Assembly (NCBI GenBank): GCA_963665095.1
Contig: OY762069.1
Coordinates: 1,312,001-1,376,000, forward strand
From: an uncultured Desulfobacter sp.
Lineage (GTDB): Bacteria > Desulfobacterota > Desulfobacteria > Desulfobacterales > Desulfobacteraceae
DNA length: 64,000 bases
Direction of reading: 5' to 3'
The notes under the pieces were generated by a model, which was not told the DNA's origin, ran no database searches, and worked only from the letters and a program-made list of their open reading frames with translations. This document shows, piece by piece, positions 48,463 through 58,869 of the stretch. The translations under genes were made by a program, and so were the position numbers. Every line of letters starts with the position of its first letter. Positions within the stretch are counted from its first letter, which is position 1.

Positions 48463-49851
48463 ATGGGCAACTCGTTCATGCAGGACTATGAATCAAAATT
48501 TATTTCCGCAAAACAGGCCGCCGGAATGGTTCAGTCCGGGCAGACCATCCACCTTGGCGGATCTGCCAACGGGGCCGTTATCATTGGAAAATATCTGGCC
48601 CAGCGGGTGAATGAACTGACAGATGTATCCGTGAAAACCTTTCTTGATACCGCGAGTCACGACTTCTGCAAAGTTGACCCGGAGGGAAAAACATTTAACT
48701 GGTCATCGGGATTTCTGCTCGGTCATGTCAGGCCTTTCTCCAAAGAAAGAGGGGTGGGCGTTTATATTCCTGAAAGCTGGCACATGGCCCCTCAGGTTTA
48801 CCGCACCACGCTTCATTTTGATTATTTCTTTGTTGTGACAGCCCCCATGGACAGCAAGGGTTTTTTTAACTTCGGGCTGACCTCAGGTCATCATCGTTCC
48901 ATTGCTGATGTGGCTGACAAGGTGGTGGTAATCGAACGTGATGACATGCCGGTGATCTACGGCGGGTATGAAGAGGGGCTGTTTCTGGATGAAGTGGATT
49001 ATGTAACAAAAGACGATGAGTTTGACACCTTTTGTCTGCCCCCTATTCAGTCCAGGCCCGAAGATAAGATGATTGCCGAAAACATCATTGAGGCTGGCCT
49101 GATAAAAGAGGGATCCACCCTGCAGATCGGCATCGGCGGTCTGCCCAATGCAGTCCTGGACTCCATTGCCCAGTCCGGGATTAAGGAGTGCGGGCTGCAT
49201 ACGGAGATGCTCACTTCCAAGATGGTGGATCTCATTGAAAACGGGGTGGTGACCAACAGCCGGAAACATCTGGACCGGTTAAAAACGGTTTTTACCTTCT
49301 GTCTTGGAGACCGGGCCCTTTACGACTATGCCGACCGCCACCCTGGCTTTGCCATGTATCCCGTGAATTACACCAACGATCCCATGATCATCGCCCAACA
49401 GCCAGACATGTTTTCCTTAAACAGCACCATCAGTGTGGACCTGACCGGACAGGCTGCTTCAGAGCAGGTGGCGTGGGAAGGCCGGGCCAGACAGATCAGC
49501 GGGACCGGCGGGCAGCTTGATTTTGTTATGGGGACCTTGATGGCCAGAGACAGGAAGGGGATTTCCGTGCTCTCTTTGTATTCCAGATATAAAGATGTCT
49601 CAAGGATTGTTCCCCTGCTGGACCAGGGAGCTACAGTCACAGTACCGAGATCAATCACCCATTATATTGCCACAGAATGGGGGGTGGTCAATGTCCGGGG
49701 CCTGACCAACAGCGAGCGTGCCAGTGCCCTGATTTCCATTGCCCATCCCGATTTCCGGGAAGATCTGACCCGGCAGGCCTTTGATATGGGGCTGATTTCC
49801 TACGCCCAGACGGTCAAAAAGAAACAAGGCGTTATATTTACCAGGCAATAA
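48463..49851 (+). CDS. Acetyl-CoA hydrolase / CoA-transferase
   Basis: LQIGIGGLP, HTEM catalytic Glu, SGTGGQLDF, IAHPDFR. Confidence 0.92.
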   Translation: MGNSFMQDYESKFISAKQAAGMVQSGQTIHLGGSANGAVIIGKYLAQRVNELTDVSVKTFLDTASHDFCKVDPEGKTFNWSSGFLLGHVRPFSKERGVGVYIPESWHMAPQVYRTTLHFDYFFVVTAPMDSKGFFNFGLTSGHHRSIADVADKVVVIERDDMPVIYGGYEEGLFLDEVDYVTKDDEFDTFCLPPIQSRPEDKMIAENIIEAGLIKEGSTLQIGIGGLPNAVLDSIAQSGIKECGLHTEMLTSKMVDLIENGVVTNSRKHLDRLKTVFTFCLGDRALYDYADRHPGFAMYPVNYTNDPMIIAQQPDMFSLNSTISVDLTGQAASEQVAWEGRARQISGTGGQLDFVMGTLMARDRKGISVLSLYSRYKDVSRIVPLLDQGATVTVPRSITHYIATEWGVVNVRGLTNSERASALISIAHPDFREDLTRQAFDMGLISYAQTVKKKQGVIFTRQ

Positions 49852-49902
49852 CGAAAAGTTAGTGCCCATTGAGGAATATTTATCAACCAACGGAGGTATC
49901 GC

Positions 49903-50904
49903 ATGACTAAACGGACAGTACGGCTCATCGGCATTCTTGTTTCTCTAATTTTCCTTCTCCCCCAGGCAGGCCTGGCCAAAAGCAAAAAGATCACGATTCA
50001 GTGTGCCTATCCTGCCAACGCCTACGTAGGGCAGACAACGGAATTTTTCGCAGACCGGGTAAAGGAGCTGACCAGCGGTGAGGTCTCGGTCAAGGTATTC
50101 TGGCCAGGCCAGCTGGTTAAAACAAAAGAGGCCTTTGAATCTGTCAAGACCGGCATGATTGACGGATACTCCGGCAGCATGCTCTATTTCACCGGATTCG
50201 TACCCGAGGTCAACTGCGAATGGCTTCCCTTTGGGTGGGCATCCCCTGCGGAAGCGGCGGATGTGTATAAGGATCACGGATGGCTTGAGCTGATGCGGGA
50301 AGCCACGGCAAAACACGGGATTCGCTACGTGGCACCGGTTGCTGTGGCCTCCATGGGTCTGATCACCAAATTCCCCATTCACAAGGCAGATGATCTTAAA
50401 GGCAAAAAAATCCGGGCCATGGGCATGGAGGCAAAGATCATTGCGGCCTTAGGCGGCGCCACTGTGGCCGTTCCGGGTGCAGAGCAGTACATGGCCCTGA
50501 AACAGGGCATTGTAGATGGCACAGATTATCCCTGGTACACCATTGGAAAATACAAACTCTTTGAGGTGTGTGATTATATTTCAAGACCGGCCCTGCATAC
50601 CCCCGGTATTGTTGAAATCCTGATCAACAACGACACCTACCAGTCACTGACACCTGCCCAGCAGAAAGCCATTGACCAGGCCGGATGGGAAGCGTTCATG
50701 AGAACGGTTGAGATGAGTGACAAATGGGATGAGGACGCCTATGTCACCTGCAAAGAAAAAAATGTCCAGATTATAGACCTCACCCCTGAAGCCATTGCCG
50801 AGTTCAGAGAAAAGGTACAGCCGCTCTGGGACGAGATGGCGGCAAAAAGCGATATCTGCAGACGGCTGATTGAAAACTTAAGAGCGTACATGGCTAACAA
50901 ATAA
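49903..50904 (+). CDS. dctP: TRAP substrate-binding protein
   Basis: Signal peptide; DDLKGKKIRA, YMALKQGIVDG. Confidence 0.9.
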   Translation: MTKRTVRLIGILVSLIFLLPQAGLAKSKKITIQCAYPANAYVGQTTEFFADRVKELTSGEVSVKVFWPGQLVKTKEAFESVKTGMIDGYSGSMLYFTGFVPEVNCEWLPFGWASPAEAADVYKDHGWLELMREATAKHGIRYVAPVAVASMGLITKFPIHKADDLKGKKIRAMGMEAKIIAALGGATVAVPGAEQYMALKQGIVDGTDYPWYTIGKYKLFEVCDYISRPALHTPGIVEILINNDTYQSLTPAQQKAIDQAGWEAFMRTVEMSDKWDEDAYVTCKEKNVQIIDLTPEAIAEFREKVQPLWDEMAAKSDICRRLIENLRAYMANK

Positions 50905-50907
50905 AAC

Positions 50908-51435
50908 ATGACAGGGGGAAGCAGCTTGAAACGCCTATGTGATTTCATTGACGGACTCAACACCTGGATTGGTAAGATTGCCAGTTTTCTGATCCTGATT
51001 CTTGTAGCCATTATCATGTTTGAGGTGGTCAGCCGCTATCTGTTCAACGCGCCCACCCAGTGGTCCAACGAACTGAGCGCCTACCTTCTGACCGCGCTTG
51101 TTATGCTGGGTGGCGCCTATTGTCTTGCGGATGAAGAGCATGTCCGGGTGGATATCGTGCACCGCAATTTCGGCCCGCGCGCCCAGGACCTTCTGGAGAT
51201 CTTCACCTGCCTTCTGGTGCTGACATTTGTCAGCGCCATTGTCTGGAAAGGTGGAGAGACCAGTTATGATGCACTGGTACATGACAGGCGGTCCATGACC
51301 ATCCTGGAGATGCCGCTTTTCCCCTCCATGGTGATGGTTCCCATCGGGGCGGCCCTTCTTGGCCTTCAGAGTATTTCCGGTGCCTTGAGAGCCTTCCTTC
51401 GCCTGACCGGTAATGACCAGAAAGGAGTGCATTGA
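50908..51435 (+). CDS. dctQ: TRAP small permease
   Basis: EVVSRYLFNAPTQWSNEL, HVRVD; 4 TM. Confidence 0.9.
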   Translation: MTGGSSLKRLCDFIDGLNTWIGKIASFLILILVAIIMFEVVSRYLFNAPTQWSNELSAYLLTALVMLGGAYCLADEEHVRVDIVHRNFGPRAQDLLEIFTCLLVLTFVSAIVWKGGETSYDALVHDRRSMTILEMPLFPSMVMVPIGAALLGLQSISGALRAFLRLTGNDQKGVH

Positions 51436-51439
51436 TTCC

Positions 51440-52750
51440 ATGGAAACCTGGCTTCTCACCCTCATTGTTTTCAGCTGTCTGATTTTTCTGCTCTGCCTTG
51501 GGGTCCCGATCTCGTTCACCCTGTGCAGTATTTCCACCATCGGAATTATCCTGACCTGGGGCCCCAAAGGGCTGCTTCTCCTGTTTAACTCTGCCTATGC
51601 CGAATCCAGCTCTTTTATTCTTCTGGCCATTCCGTTGTTTATTTTCATGGCCAACCAGCTCAAGTTCAGCGGCATCGGCGATGACCTGTATGAGATGGTC
51701 TACCGGTGGATCGGCCGGGTACGGGGCGGGCTTGCCATCGGCACCATAGTGATCTGTGCCATTTTTGCCGCCATGGCAGGCATCTCGTCTGTGGCCACCA
51801 TCAGCATGGGGCTGATTGCCCTGCCCTCCATGTTCTCCAGGGGGTACCACAAAGATCTGGCCGTGGGCAGCATTGCAGCCGGCGGGGCTCTGGGCATACT
51901 GATACCGCCCTCAATCATCATGATCCTTTACGGGGCCATGTCAGAAGTATCGGTGGGTAAAATGTTCATCGGCGGTGTGATGCCGGGGCTTGTCATGTGC
52001 CTGATTTTCATTGGCTACATCTGGATCCGCTCTATGATCAACAAAGATCTCGCCCCGGCCGTCGAGGAAACCTTTACACTGAAGGAAAAACTGACAGTTC
52101 TCAAAGGGGTATTTCTTCCCATCCTTTTGATCTTCATGGTTCTGGGTGTCATTTATTTTGGCATCTGCACACCCACCGAGGCATCGGCTGTGGGTGCTTT
52201 CGGTGCCATGTTATGTGCGGCGTTATATAAAAAGTTCACCTGGCAGAATCTTAAAGATTCGCTGTGGGCCACCATAAAGGTCAATGCCATGGTGTTCTGG
52301 CTGATCATCGGGGCCCTGGCATTTACCAATTTTCTTGCCTATTCGGAGATACAGGACCTGATAAAGGACAGCGTCCTGGCACTGGAATATTCAAGATGGG
52401 TCATTCTCATCGCCATGCAGTTCATCTTTTTCATCCTGGGCATGTTCCTGGATCCGGCAGGGATCATCATGCTGACCACACCGATTTTTGTCCCGATTAT
52501 TGTGGAACTCGGGTTTGATCCCCTGTGGTTCGGCATCCTGTTTGTCATCAACATGGAGATGGCTTATATCACCCCGCCCTTTGGGTTCAACCTATTTATT
52601 ATGAAAGGGATTGTTCCCCCCGGAGTCAGCATGGCAGATATCTACCGGTCCATTATTCCCTTTGTCCTGTTACAGGCCCTCTGTCTGGTCCTGGTCATGA
52701 TTTTTCCCGAACTGGCCACATGGCTGCCGGAGCTTATGGTTACAAAATAA
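51440..52750 (+). CDS. dctM: TRAP large permease
   Basis: LLAIPLFIFM, GALGILIPPS, TPTEA, ITPPFGFNLF. Confidence 0.94.
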   Translation: METWLLTLIVFSCLIFLLCLGVPISFTLCSISTIGIILTWGPKGLLLLFNSAYAESSSFILLAIPLFIFMANQLKFSGIGDDLYEMVYRWIGRVRGGLAIGTIVICAIFAAMAGISSVATISMGLIALPSMFSRGYHKDLAVGSIAAGGALGILIPPSIIMILYGAMSEVSVGKMFIGGVMPGLVMCLIFIGYIWIRSMINKDLAPAVEETFTLKEKLTVLKGVFLPILLIFMVLGVIYFGICTPTEASAVGAFGAMLCAALYKKFTWQNLKDSLWATIKVNAMVFWLIIGALAFTNFLAYSEIQDLIKDSVLALEYSRWVILIAMQFIFFILGMFLDPAGIIMLTTPIFVPIIVELGFDPLWFGILFVINMEMAYITPPFGFNLFIMKGIVPPGVSMADIYRSIIPFVLLQALCLVLVMIFPELATWLPELMVTK

Positions 52751-52785
52751 TTGAATTCAGGCACCACCCGGCAGGTCATGCGGCC

Positions 52786-52843
52786 AAAAAGAATAGAGTA
52801 CTGTCCCGCATCATTCGGTTGCGGGCAGCACTCTATTCTTTTT
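52786..52843. terminator. Bidirectional terminator between convergent units
   Basis: AAAAAGAATAGAGT...CCCGCA / TGCGGG...ACTCTATTCTTTTT. Confidence 0.75.
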
Positions 52844-52905
52844 ATGACGTTATGAGACGAAAAATTCGACCCATCACAAGCAGACGCTTGGCTGGACGAA
52901 GGGTA

Positions 52906-53137
52906 TCAGCAATTGAACTTACCTGTCCTCTTTATCTTTTTTAAATCCTGGTAAACGGTTTCGCCGGCTATCATTTTCATCTGTTTTTCTACTTTGCCGC
53001 CAACGTCCTCCATCACATGAAGCACAATGACTTCAGACTCAAGAAAAGCGGAATAAGACGCAGCATATTCAAAAATTTGTTTCAAATTTTTCCGAAAGAT
53101 CTGACGCAAATAAAATTCGTTTGGGTTTATCAATCAT
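52906..53137 (-). pseudogene. Universal stress protein fragment, frameshifted and truncated
   Basis: GGAGG RBS, MIDKPKRILFASDLSE, then one extra A shifts frame to NLKQIFEYAAS...VIVLHVME; no C-terminal half. Confidence 0.75.
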
Positions 53138-53214
53138 TAATTAAGCCTCCAATGCAATTTTACATCGTATATTTTCTTTTCGACCTGCGTCTAAAAGGGT
53201 CTCTTAGCCCTGCC

Positions 53215-54477
53215 TTACCGCTGCCTTTCCCTGGCATTCCCTGCCATAAAAATTGAAAAAACAGCTGCGGCATAGATCCCAAGAAACAACAGCATGGCAA
53301 AATGGTAACTGCCAAAATAATCATACAGCACGCCAGCACTGAATGCACCGAACGACGCACCTAATTGCTGGCCTAAAGAAATAAGACCGAGTACAATGCC
53401 AAAGGACTTCAGGCCATAATACCCGCTAACGGCCAAAGGCTGCAATACCAGAACCCCTCCCATGCCAAAGCCAAAAATGGCAGCATAGCCCCATACCATA
53501 TATTCTGAACTTAGATAAAATAAAAAAAGAACGCCGACTGCCTGTATAACATAACAGATAGTCACCACCCATTTCAGGGGCATGGATTCTGTCATCCGGC
53601 CAAAGCAGAATTTCCCTACCCCGCCCATTCCTGAGGTAATGCCCAGGGCATTTGATGCGGCAATATAGGAGATCCCTTTTTCACACATGATAGCCACCTG
53701 GTGCTGAAGAATTGCCAGCATGGCCATGCCGCCAAGAAAAAAAGTAATGGCAAGCCATCTGAAAGAGACGGTTGAAACTATCTCTTTTAATGAATTATCG
53801 GTTTCTTTGGATAATTCATCTGCGGCAAACTCCGACTTATGGCAAACGGAGCGTGGCGCAATGTCCCGGGGTTTTATGATCACCAGTTCTGTGCTGCTGT
53901 CACCAGGACGTTCCTTTATGACCAGAAAGGCAATGGGAACAGCAATAACCAAAACAAACAGCCCCAGGAAAATAAAGGCCTGACGCCATCCAAACAGCAG
54001 GCTTATCCTGCCGATCAACGGGGCAAATATCATACCTCCGGCAGAAATACCCATATAGACCAATCCGGTGGCGGTTCCTCTCCGGGTATCAAACCAGCAG
54101 GCAATAAGCGTGCTGATAGGTATGTAGCCGATCCCGATGATGGTTAGAGCCAGCAGGGCATACAGCAGGTAAAAGGTTAAAAGATTTTTGGATAAACTGA
54201 TCAGAAAAAAACAAAGGCTTGATCCAAAGGCCCCCATACAGATCACTTTTTTGGGTCCCATGGTTTGAACCAGACGGCCCACAATGGGCGAGGCCATGCC
54301 GCTGACCAGCAGATAGATGGATATGGTCAGCGCAATTTCTGTTCTGCTCCAGCCGAACTCCGCCTCAAGAGGTTCAATAAACACGCCGAAAGAATAAAAC
54401 CCTGAACCTGCAAAACACATCAGCAGAACAAATCCTGCTGCAACAATGAACCAGCCGTAAAATACTTTTGTCTGCAT
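53215..54477 (-). CDS. MFS transporter (OFA/MCT-like)
   Basis: YGWFIV, EFGWSR, WFDTRRGTATG; 12 hydrophobic segments. Confidence 0.92.
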   Translation of the reverse strand: MQTKVFYGWFIVAAGFVLLMCFAGSGFYSFGVFIEPLEAEFGWSRTEIALTISIYLLVSGMASPIVGRLVQTMGPKKVICMGAFGSSLCFFLISLSKNLLTFYLLYALLALTIIGIGYIPISTLIACWFDTRRGTATGLVYMGISAGGMIFAPLIGRISLLFGWRQAFIFLGLFVLVIAVPIAFLVIKERPGDSSTELVIIKPRDIAPRSVCHKSEFAADELSKETDNSLKEIVSTVSFRWLAITFFLGGMAMLAILQHQVAIMCEKGISYIAASNALGITSGMGGVGKFCFGRMTESMPLKWVVTICYVIQAVGVLFLFYLSSEYMVWGYAAIFGFGMGGVLVLQPLAVSGYYGLKSFGIVLGLISLGQQLGASFGAFSAGVLYDYFGSYHFAMLLFLGIYAAAVFSIFMAGNARERQR

Positions 54478-54572
54478 GTGATTGATACCTGTTTTTACAG
54501 TTCGTTGTTCTGCTTTGAGCGTCGTTACCCTGAGATCGAACCAATAACAAAGTGCTTTGATACAAAAAGCCT

Positions 54573-56801
54573 TTAAAAATTAAGCGTCATCAAGTTTGAA
54601 GCGGTATCTGCCGGTGGTTCCAGTACCACATTCTTTTCCTGACCCATGATATTTTTTCCGGCAATGGATCGGATCATTTGCATGGACTTTTCCATGTGTG
54701 CAATAAACTCTTTGGATGGCATGAGTTGTGATATAATTTTGGTTGATGAGTCGATGTAAACATTTTCTTTGGCAGCTTTATCTGCAAACAAAACCGCTTT
54801 TTCCAGCATCTCCAGACTCCGTTTTGCAATGGCCACTGTCCGATATAGGGAAAAGTCCCATAATGCGACAGCGTGCGTAAAACAGGCATTTGCCCGGGCC
54901 GGATTCAGTGCCACAGATTCATCATATATTTTAAACCGGCTGGCCAGAAAATCTTTGATAAAATCAAGATTACACTCTTTTTTCAGATCTGCCCTGCCCA
55001 TGGTGAGCAGCCACAGCCGTTCTTCCGAAATTTTGCGGACAATATCAAACGGTGCGTCTATCCCTTTTTCCGGATTGACTAAAATTTCCTCGTCATTTTC
55101 AAGCGTCGCCCGCAGAATTTTTAAGACATTAAGAGAATAGGAAGCCCGGATTGCAAAGGGTGACACCGTCATCGCCTTCTCATAAAAAAAGTTGGCTTTC
55201 TGCATGCTGTCAAACAGGGCTGCTTTCAAACGTTTCAATTCCTGGGTATTTATTTCAGCCGGTTTCCGGCTGCGAAGATGTTTCAGAAGCATGACGGCTT
55301 TTGTTGTATACGTGGTGGCATATTCACAATAGAAATAATCAGACACCCCGTCACAGCTTTCAATAATAAAAGCCGCTTCATGTTCCACCCGGTTAAAAAA
55401 AATATCAGCAATGGAAACAGAAGGTGCAGAAAGCGCAAGCTCCCTGAAAATAGCGATATGCAGTGTTCTTGCAGTGATCTCATTGGGGTCGATACTCAGA
55501 ACAATACGAATTATTTCCTCTGCTTCCTGAAATCGCTTACGATAATATAAGGTCTTTGCAATCTCAATTCCCACAGGAATATTGTGCGGATACCTTAAAA
55601 ATGTGGTGACCGCGTTTGTTGCATTGTTTTTGTGCGTGTCAGTGACAAAATTTTTGGCAGGTGCCAGAAGATCAAAAACGGTCTCTTCGGGCTTAGGTCG
55701 AAGCTGCAGCATCTTATCCTGGAGTATGTCCGGAATAAAATCAAAGAAAAAAGAGTTCCAGAAGGCAGTGATCCACCAGATTCTGAAGGCTTCGCCATTG
55801 ATTAATGTCGCCTCAATGGGCTCGGTGCTGCAGATGACACGGACGTCGCTGATGAGCAGGCACTGGCGGACATAGTCTGACAGACGGATGGGCGCATCCC
55901 CGGGCAGCTTTATATTCAACGCGGCAAGCAGATAGTTGTCCAGCGTATCAAACTGACCGGCGGCAATGGCAACAGAAAAGAAGCGCTTGGTGGAGTAATA
56001 CCTGGAAAGCACCCAGCGGATGGTAACCAGGTGAGCCAGTGACACAGCATTTTTAATGCAGGAGCGATAGGAAGCCGGATCACTTGAGTCTGATTCTTTG
56101 GGGATATCGATAAAAAAAGTGGTAAAGTCATGGGAACGGATTTTACTCCACCGGTCTGACTGGACGTATTCAGAACTCTGTTCAATATATTCATAAATTG
56201 ACTTTTTCAGCCAGTTCATGACGGCATTATCAATCATATCCCCCCGGCTGTATAACGCAAAACCGATCCGTACCCCCTCCTTATACTGCTGGGTTGCATC
56301 GTCTCTGGGGCAGATTTTCATCAGGGATTCATAATTCCAGGCAGGGCTCAGGTCGCAGCGTTCGTACCCGATCCAGAATGCCAGACTCCGTAACACATTT
56401 TTTTTATGGAGCGTATCTGCCGGCTGCACTTTCAGCCGTGTCAGCATTGAATTGCTGACATTGGGCAGTTTAATACCATGATTTTTCAGCAAAGGATTGA
56501 TTCGGTCAATCAATGAACGCACCGACAGGCTGAAATTCAACCAGACATCTCTTTTTTCCAGCAGTTCGGAAAACTGCAGATTTTCCGGAGGCCTGCACGC
56601 GTCTTCCGATCTGGCTTCCCGGGCGATATATGCTTCAAGGTGTTGAAAACTATTTTCTGAGATCAGGTGGTTATCTGCTGCAAAATCAATAAAAGAGTTC
56701 ACCGCTGCCGAGGTGTCGTCATTATCTGCAAACGATGAAAAAGATTCGCTGGTGGGAAAAACCGCGAGAAGTGCAGATGCCGCCCGATTATGTTGTTTCA
56801 T
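54573..56801 (-). CDS. 742-aa hypothetical protein: putative HTH + cyclase-like domain + TPR
   Basis: Long intact ORF; TPR-like AKTLYYRKRFQEAEEIIRIVLSIDPN; other domains inferred by eye. Confidence 0.7.
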   Translation of the reverse strand: MKQHNRAASALLAVFPTSESFSSFADNDDTSAAVNSFIDFAADNHLISENSFQHLEAYIAREARSEDACRPPENLQFSELLEKRDVWLNFSLSVRSLIDRINPLLKNHGIKLPNVSNSMLTRLKVQPADTLHKKNVLRSLAFWIGYERCDLSPAWNYESLMKICPRDDATQQYKEGVRIGFALYSRGDMIDNAVMNWLKKSIYEYIEQSSEYVQSDRWSKIRSHDFTTFFIDIPKESDSSDPASYRSCIKNAVSLAHLVTIRWVLSRYYSTKRFFSVAIAAGQFDTLDNYLLAALNIKLPGDAPIRLSDYVRQCLLISDVRVICSTEPIEATLINGEAFRIWWITAFWNSFFFDFIPDILQDKMLQLRPKPEETVFDLLAPAKNFVTDTHKNNATNAVTTFLRYPHNIPVGIEIAKTLYYRKRFQEAEEIIRIVLSIDPNEITARTLHIAIFRELALSAPSVSIADIFFNRVEHEAAFIIESCDGVSDYFYCEYATTYTTKAVMLLKHLRSRKPAEINTQELKRLKAALFDSMQKANFFYEKAMTVSPFAIRASYSLNVLKILRATLENDEEILVNPEKGIDAPFDIVRKISEERLWLLTMGRADLKKECNLDFIKDFLASRFKIYDESVALNPARANACFTHAVALWDFSLYRTVAIAKRSLEMLEKAVLFADKAAKENVYIDSSTKIISQLMPSKEFIAHMEKSMQMIRSIAGKNIMGQEKNVVLEPPADTASNLMTLNF

Positions 56802-56868
56802 GTTGTTTCCCTTAATTTAACATACCTTCCGTATTGACATCCCCCATGTCGGGACACTGATGATGATC

Positions 56869-56886
56869 TTGTTTCAATTGAAACAA
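56869..56886. promoter_or_regulatory. Perfect 18-bp palindrome, candidate operator
   Basis: TTGTTTCAATTGAAACAA in a divergent intergenic region, downstream of TTGACA (56834); further TGAAAC half-sites at 56900 and 56917. Confidence 0.65.
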
Positions 56887-57050
56887 CAATTAGTTCACAT
56901 GAAACGACAAATCCCCTGAAACCCAAAATATATTTGATTCATGTTTCAAAAGAGTATATCTAATTTTCTGAAATATATTTCTGCATAACCTGTTTTGTCA
57001 AGAAATTTGTATACCTGTCTGAACCTTTGACAAGGGGGCGTTATCCCATC

Positions 57051-58808
57051 ATGTACGAGAAAAAACCATGGCTGAAATCTTATAACGGTATTCCTGAAAC
57101 AATCAACTACCCAAGGGTAACCATGTACGAAGCTGTGATGCAGACAGTGGAACGGTATCCGGACTATGTTGCCTATGACTGCATGGACTATACAGCGACA
57201 TATCAACAGTTTTCAGAACAGATCGATCAGCTGGCAAATGCCCTTTTCGGCATCGGGGTCCGGCAGGGAGATGTTTTCACCATTGCCATGCCAACCTGCC
57301 CCCAGGCAGTGATATGCTTTTATGCCGCCAATAAATTAGGGGTTGTGGTCAGCATGATTCACCCGCTGTCAACAGCAAAGGAGATCGCTTACTACCTGGG
57401 AATTACCAGCAGCCGGTTTGCTTTGACCATGACGGAACATTATAAAAAATTTAAACAGGTTCAGAGTGAGACCCGTCTGGAAACGCTGATTCTTACAGAA
57501 CTTACCGATTTTTTAAATCTTCCGACTACCACGGGACAGCAAACACATCCCGATCCCATGGTATTTTCCTGGACTGATCTCATGACAGCATCCCATCCTG
57601 AGGCACCCAGAGGAAATATGGACACCGGCGAGATGGCCGCCATTCTATACAGCGGTGGCACAACAGGATTTCCCAAGGGAATCATGCTCTCCAACGCTAA
57701 TTTTATCAGCCAGGGAATGATGACGGCGTCTTTGCGCGGCATTCCGCCTGAAGCGTATGCCATACTGGTAATTCTTCCGGTCTTTCACGGATATGGTTTA
57801 GGTGTCTGCTGTAATGCCACCTTTATGTTAGGCGGCAAAGCCATCCTGGTTCCTAATTTTAAACCCGAAACCTTTGCCCGGTTAATCCAGACGAAACGAC
57901 CATCGGTCATTACCGGTGTTCCGACACTTTACGACGCACTCAGCAGGAATGCTCAGTTTCTAAAGGCCGATCTGGGCTGCCTTAGATCGGCCGGTTGCGG
58001 CGCTGACACGCTTCCCCGGACAGTCAAGGAGCGGTTTGAAAAAATTGTTCAGCCCTTTGGCAACAATGTACGGCTGTTAGAAGGATACGGGCTGACAGAA
58101 GCCGTCACCGGGATTATGGGAACCCCGGCCGACGGATACCGGGAGAACAGCGTTGGCATTCCCTATCCGGACATGATGGCTAAGGTCGTAAAAATCGGCA
58201 CCACAGAAGAGGCCCCGGTGGGTGAAGAGGGGGAACTTTGTGTCAGCGGTCCTGCGGTCATGCTCGGATATCTCGGACAGCCCGAAGAGACAGCTGCCAC
58301 GCTTAAAATGCATCCGGATGGACGCACATGGCTTCACACCGGAGATATCTTCACCATGGATGAAGATGGATATTTTTATTACAAACTGCGACTCAAACGC
58401 ATGATCAAATCATCCGGCATGAATGTCTATCCCATGCAGGTTGAAGAGGTGCTGCGCCAGCATCCTGCTGTTCAAAGTGCCTGTGTGATCGGCATTCCGG
58501 ATGAGGCACAGGTTGAACGGGTCAAGGCGTTTGTGGTCCTTAAAGATCCGTCCGTTTCAGACCCGTCCGCCAAGGAGCAATCTGCAGCCCACCAGGCTGC
58601 AACACACCGGGACATCGCAGATCCGGATATGGCCGACGCTTTGATTACTCACTGCCGTGAGCATCTCATCAAATGGTCCTGCCCCAGAGAAATTGCTTTT
58701 CGGGATTCTCTGCCACTGACCCGGGTCGGTAAAATTGCCTGCGCAGAACTGGAAAAAGAAGAACTGGCCCGACTAAAAGCAGAAGGGAAATATACTGGAG
58801 GGAAATAG
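57051..58808 (+). CDS. Acyl-CoA synthetase (AMP-forming, FadD-like)
   Basis: YSGGTTGFPKG, EGYGLTE, WLHTGD, LPLTRVGK. Confidence 0.94.
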   Translation: MYEKKPWLKSYNGIPETINYPRVTMYEAVMQTVERYPDYVAYDCMDYTATYQQFSEQIDQLANALFGIGVRQGDVFTIAMPTCPQAVICFYAANKLGVVVSMIHPLSTAKEIAYYLGITSSRFALTMTEHYKKFKQVQSETRLETLILTELTDFLNLPTTTGQQTHPDPMVFSWTDLMTASHPEAPRGNMDTGEMAAILYSGGTTGFPKGIMLSNANFISQGMMTASLRGIPPEAYAILVILPVFHGYGLGVCCNATFMLGGKAILVPNFKPETFARLIQTKRPSVITGVPTLYDALSRNAQFLKADLGCLRSAGCGADTLPRTVKERFEKIVQPFGNNVRLLEGYGLTEAVTGIMGTPADGYRENSVGIPYPDMMAKVVKIGTTEEAPVGEEGELCVSGPAVMLGYLGQPEETAATLKMHPDGRTWLHTGDIFTMDEDGYFYYKLRLKRMIKSSGMNVYPMQVEEVLRQHPAVQSACVIGIPDEAQVERVKAFVVLKDPSVSDPSAKEQSAAHQAATHRDIADPDMADALITHCREHLIKWSCPREIAFRDSLPLTRVGKIACAELEKEELARLKAEGKYTGGK

Positions 58809-58869
58809 AAGTTTAAACTCCTTCTTTGAAGCAGAAACAAAAAAAGATAATACCAGGGAGGACGTCATC

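Noticed and set aside
58545..58630. ~20-aa low-complexity insertion in the CoA ligase C-terminal domain
   Set aside because: In frame, in a variable loop, with no intein or clear repeat features
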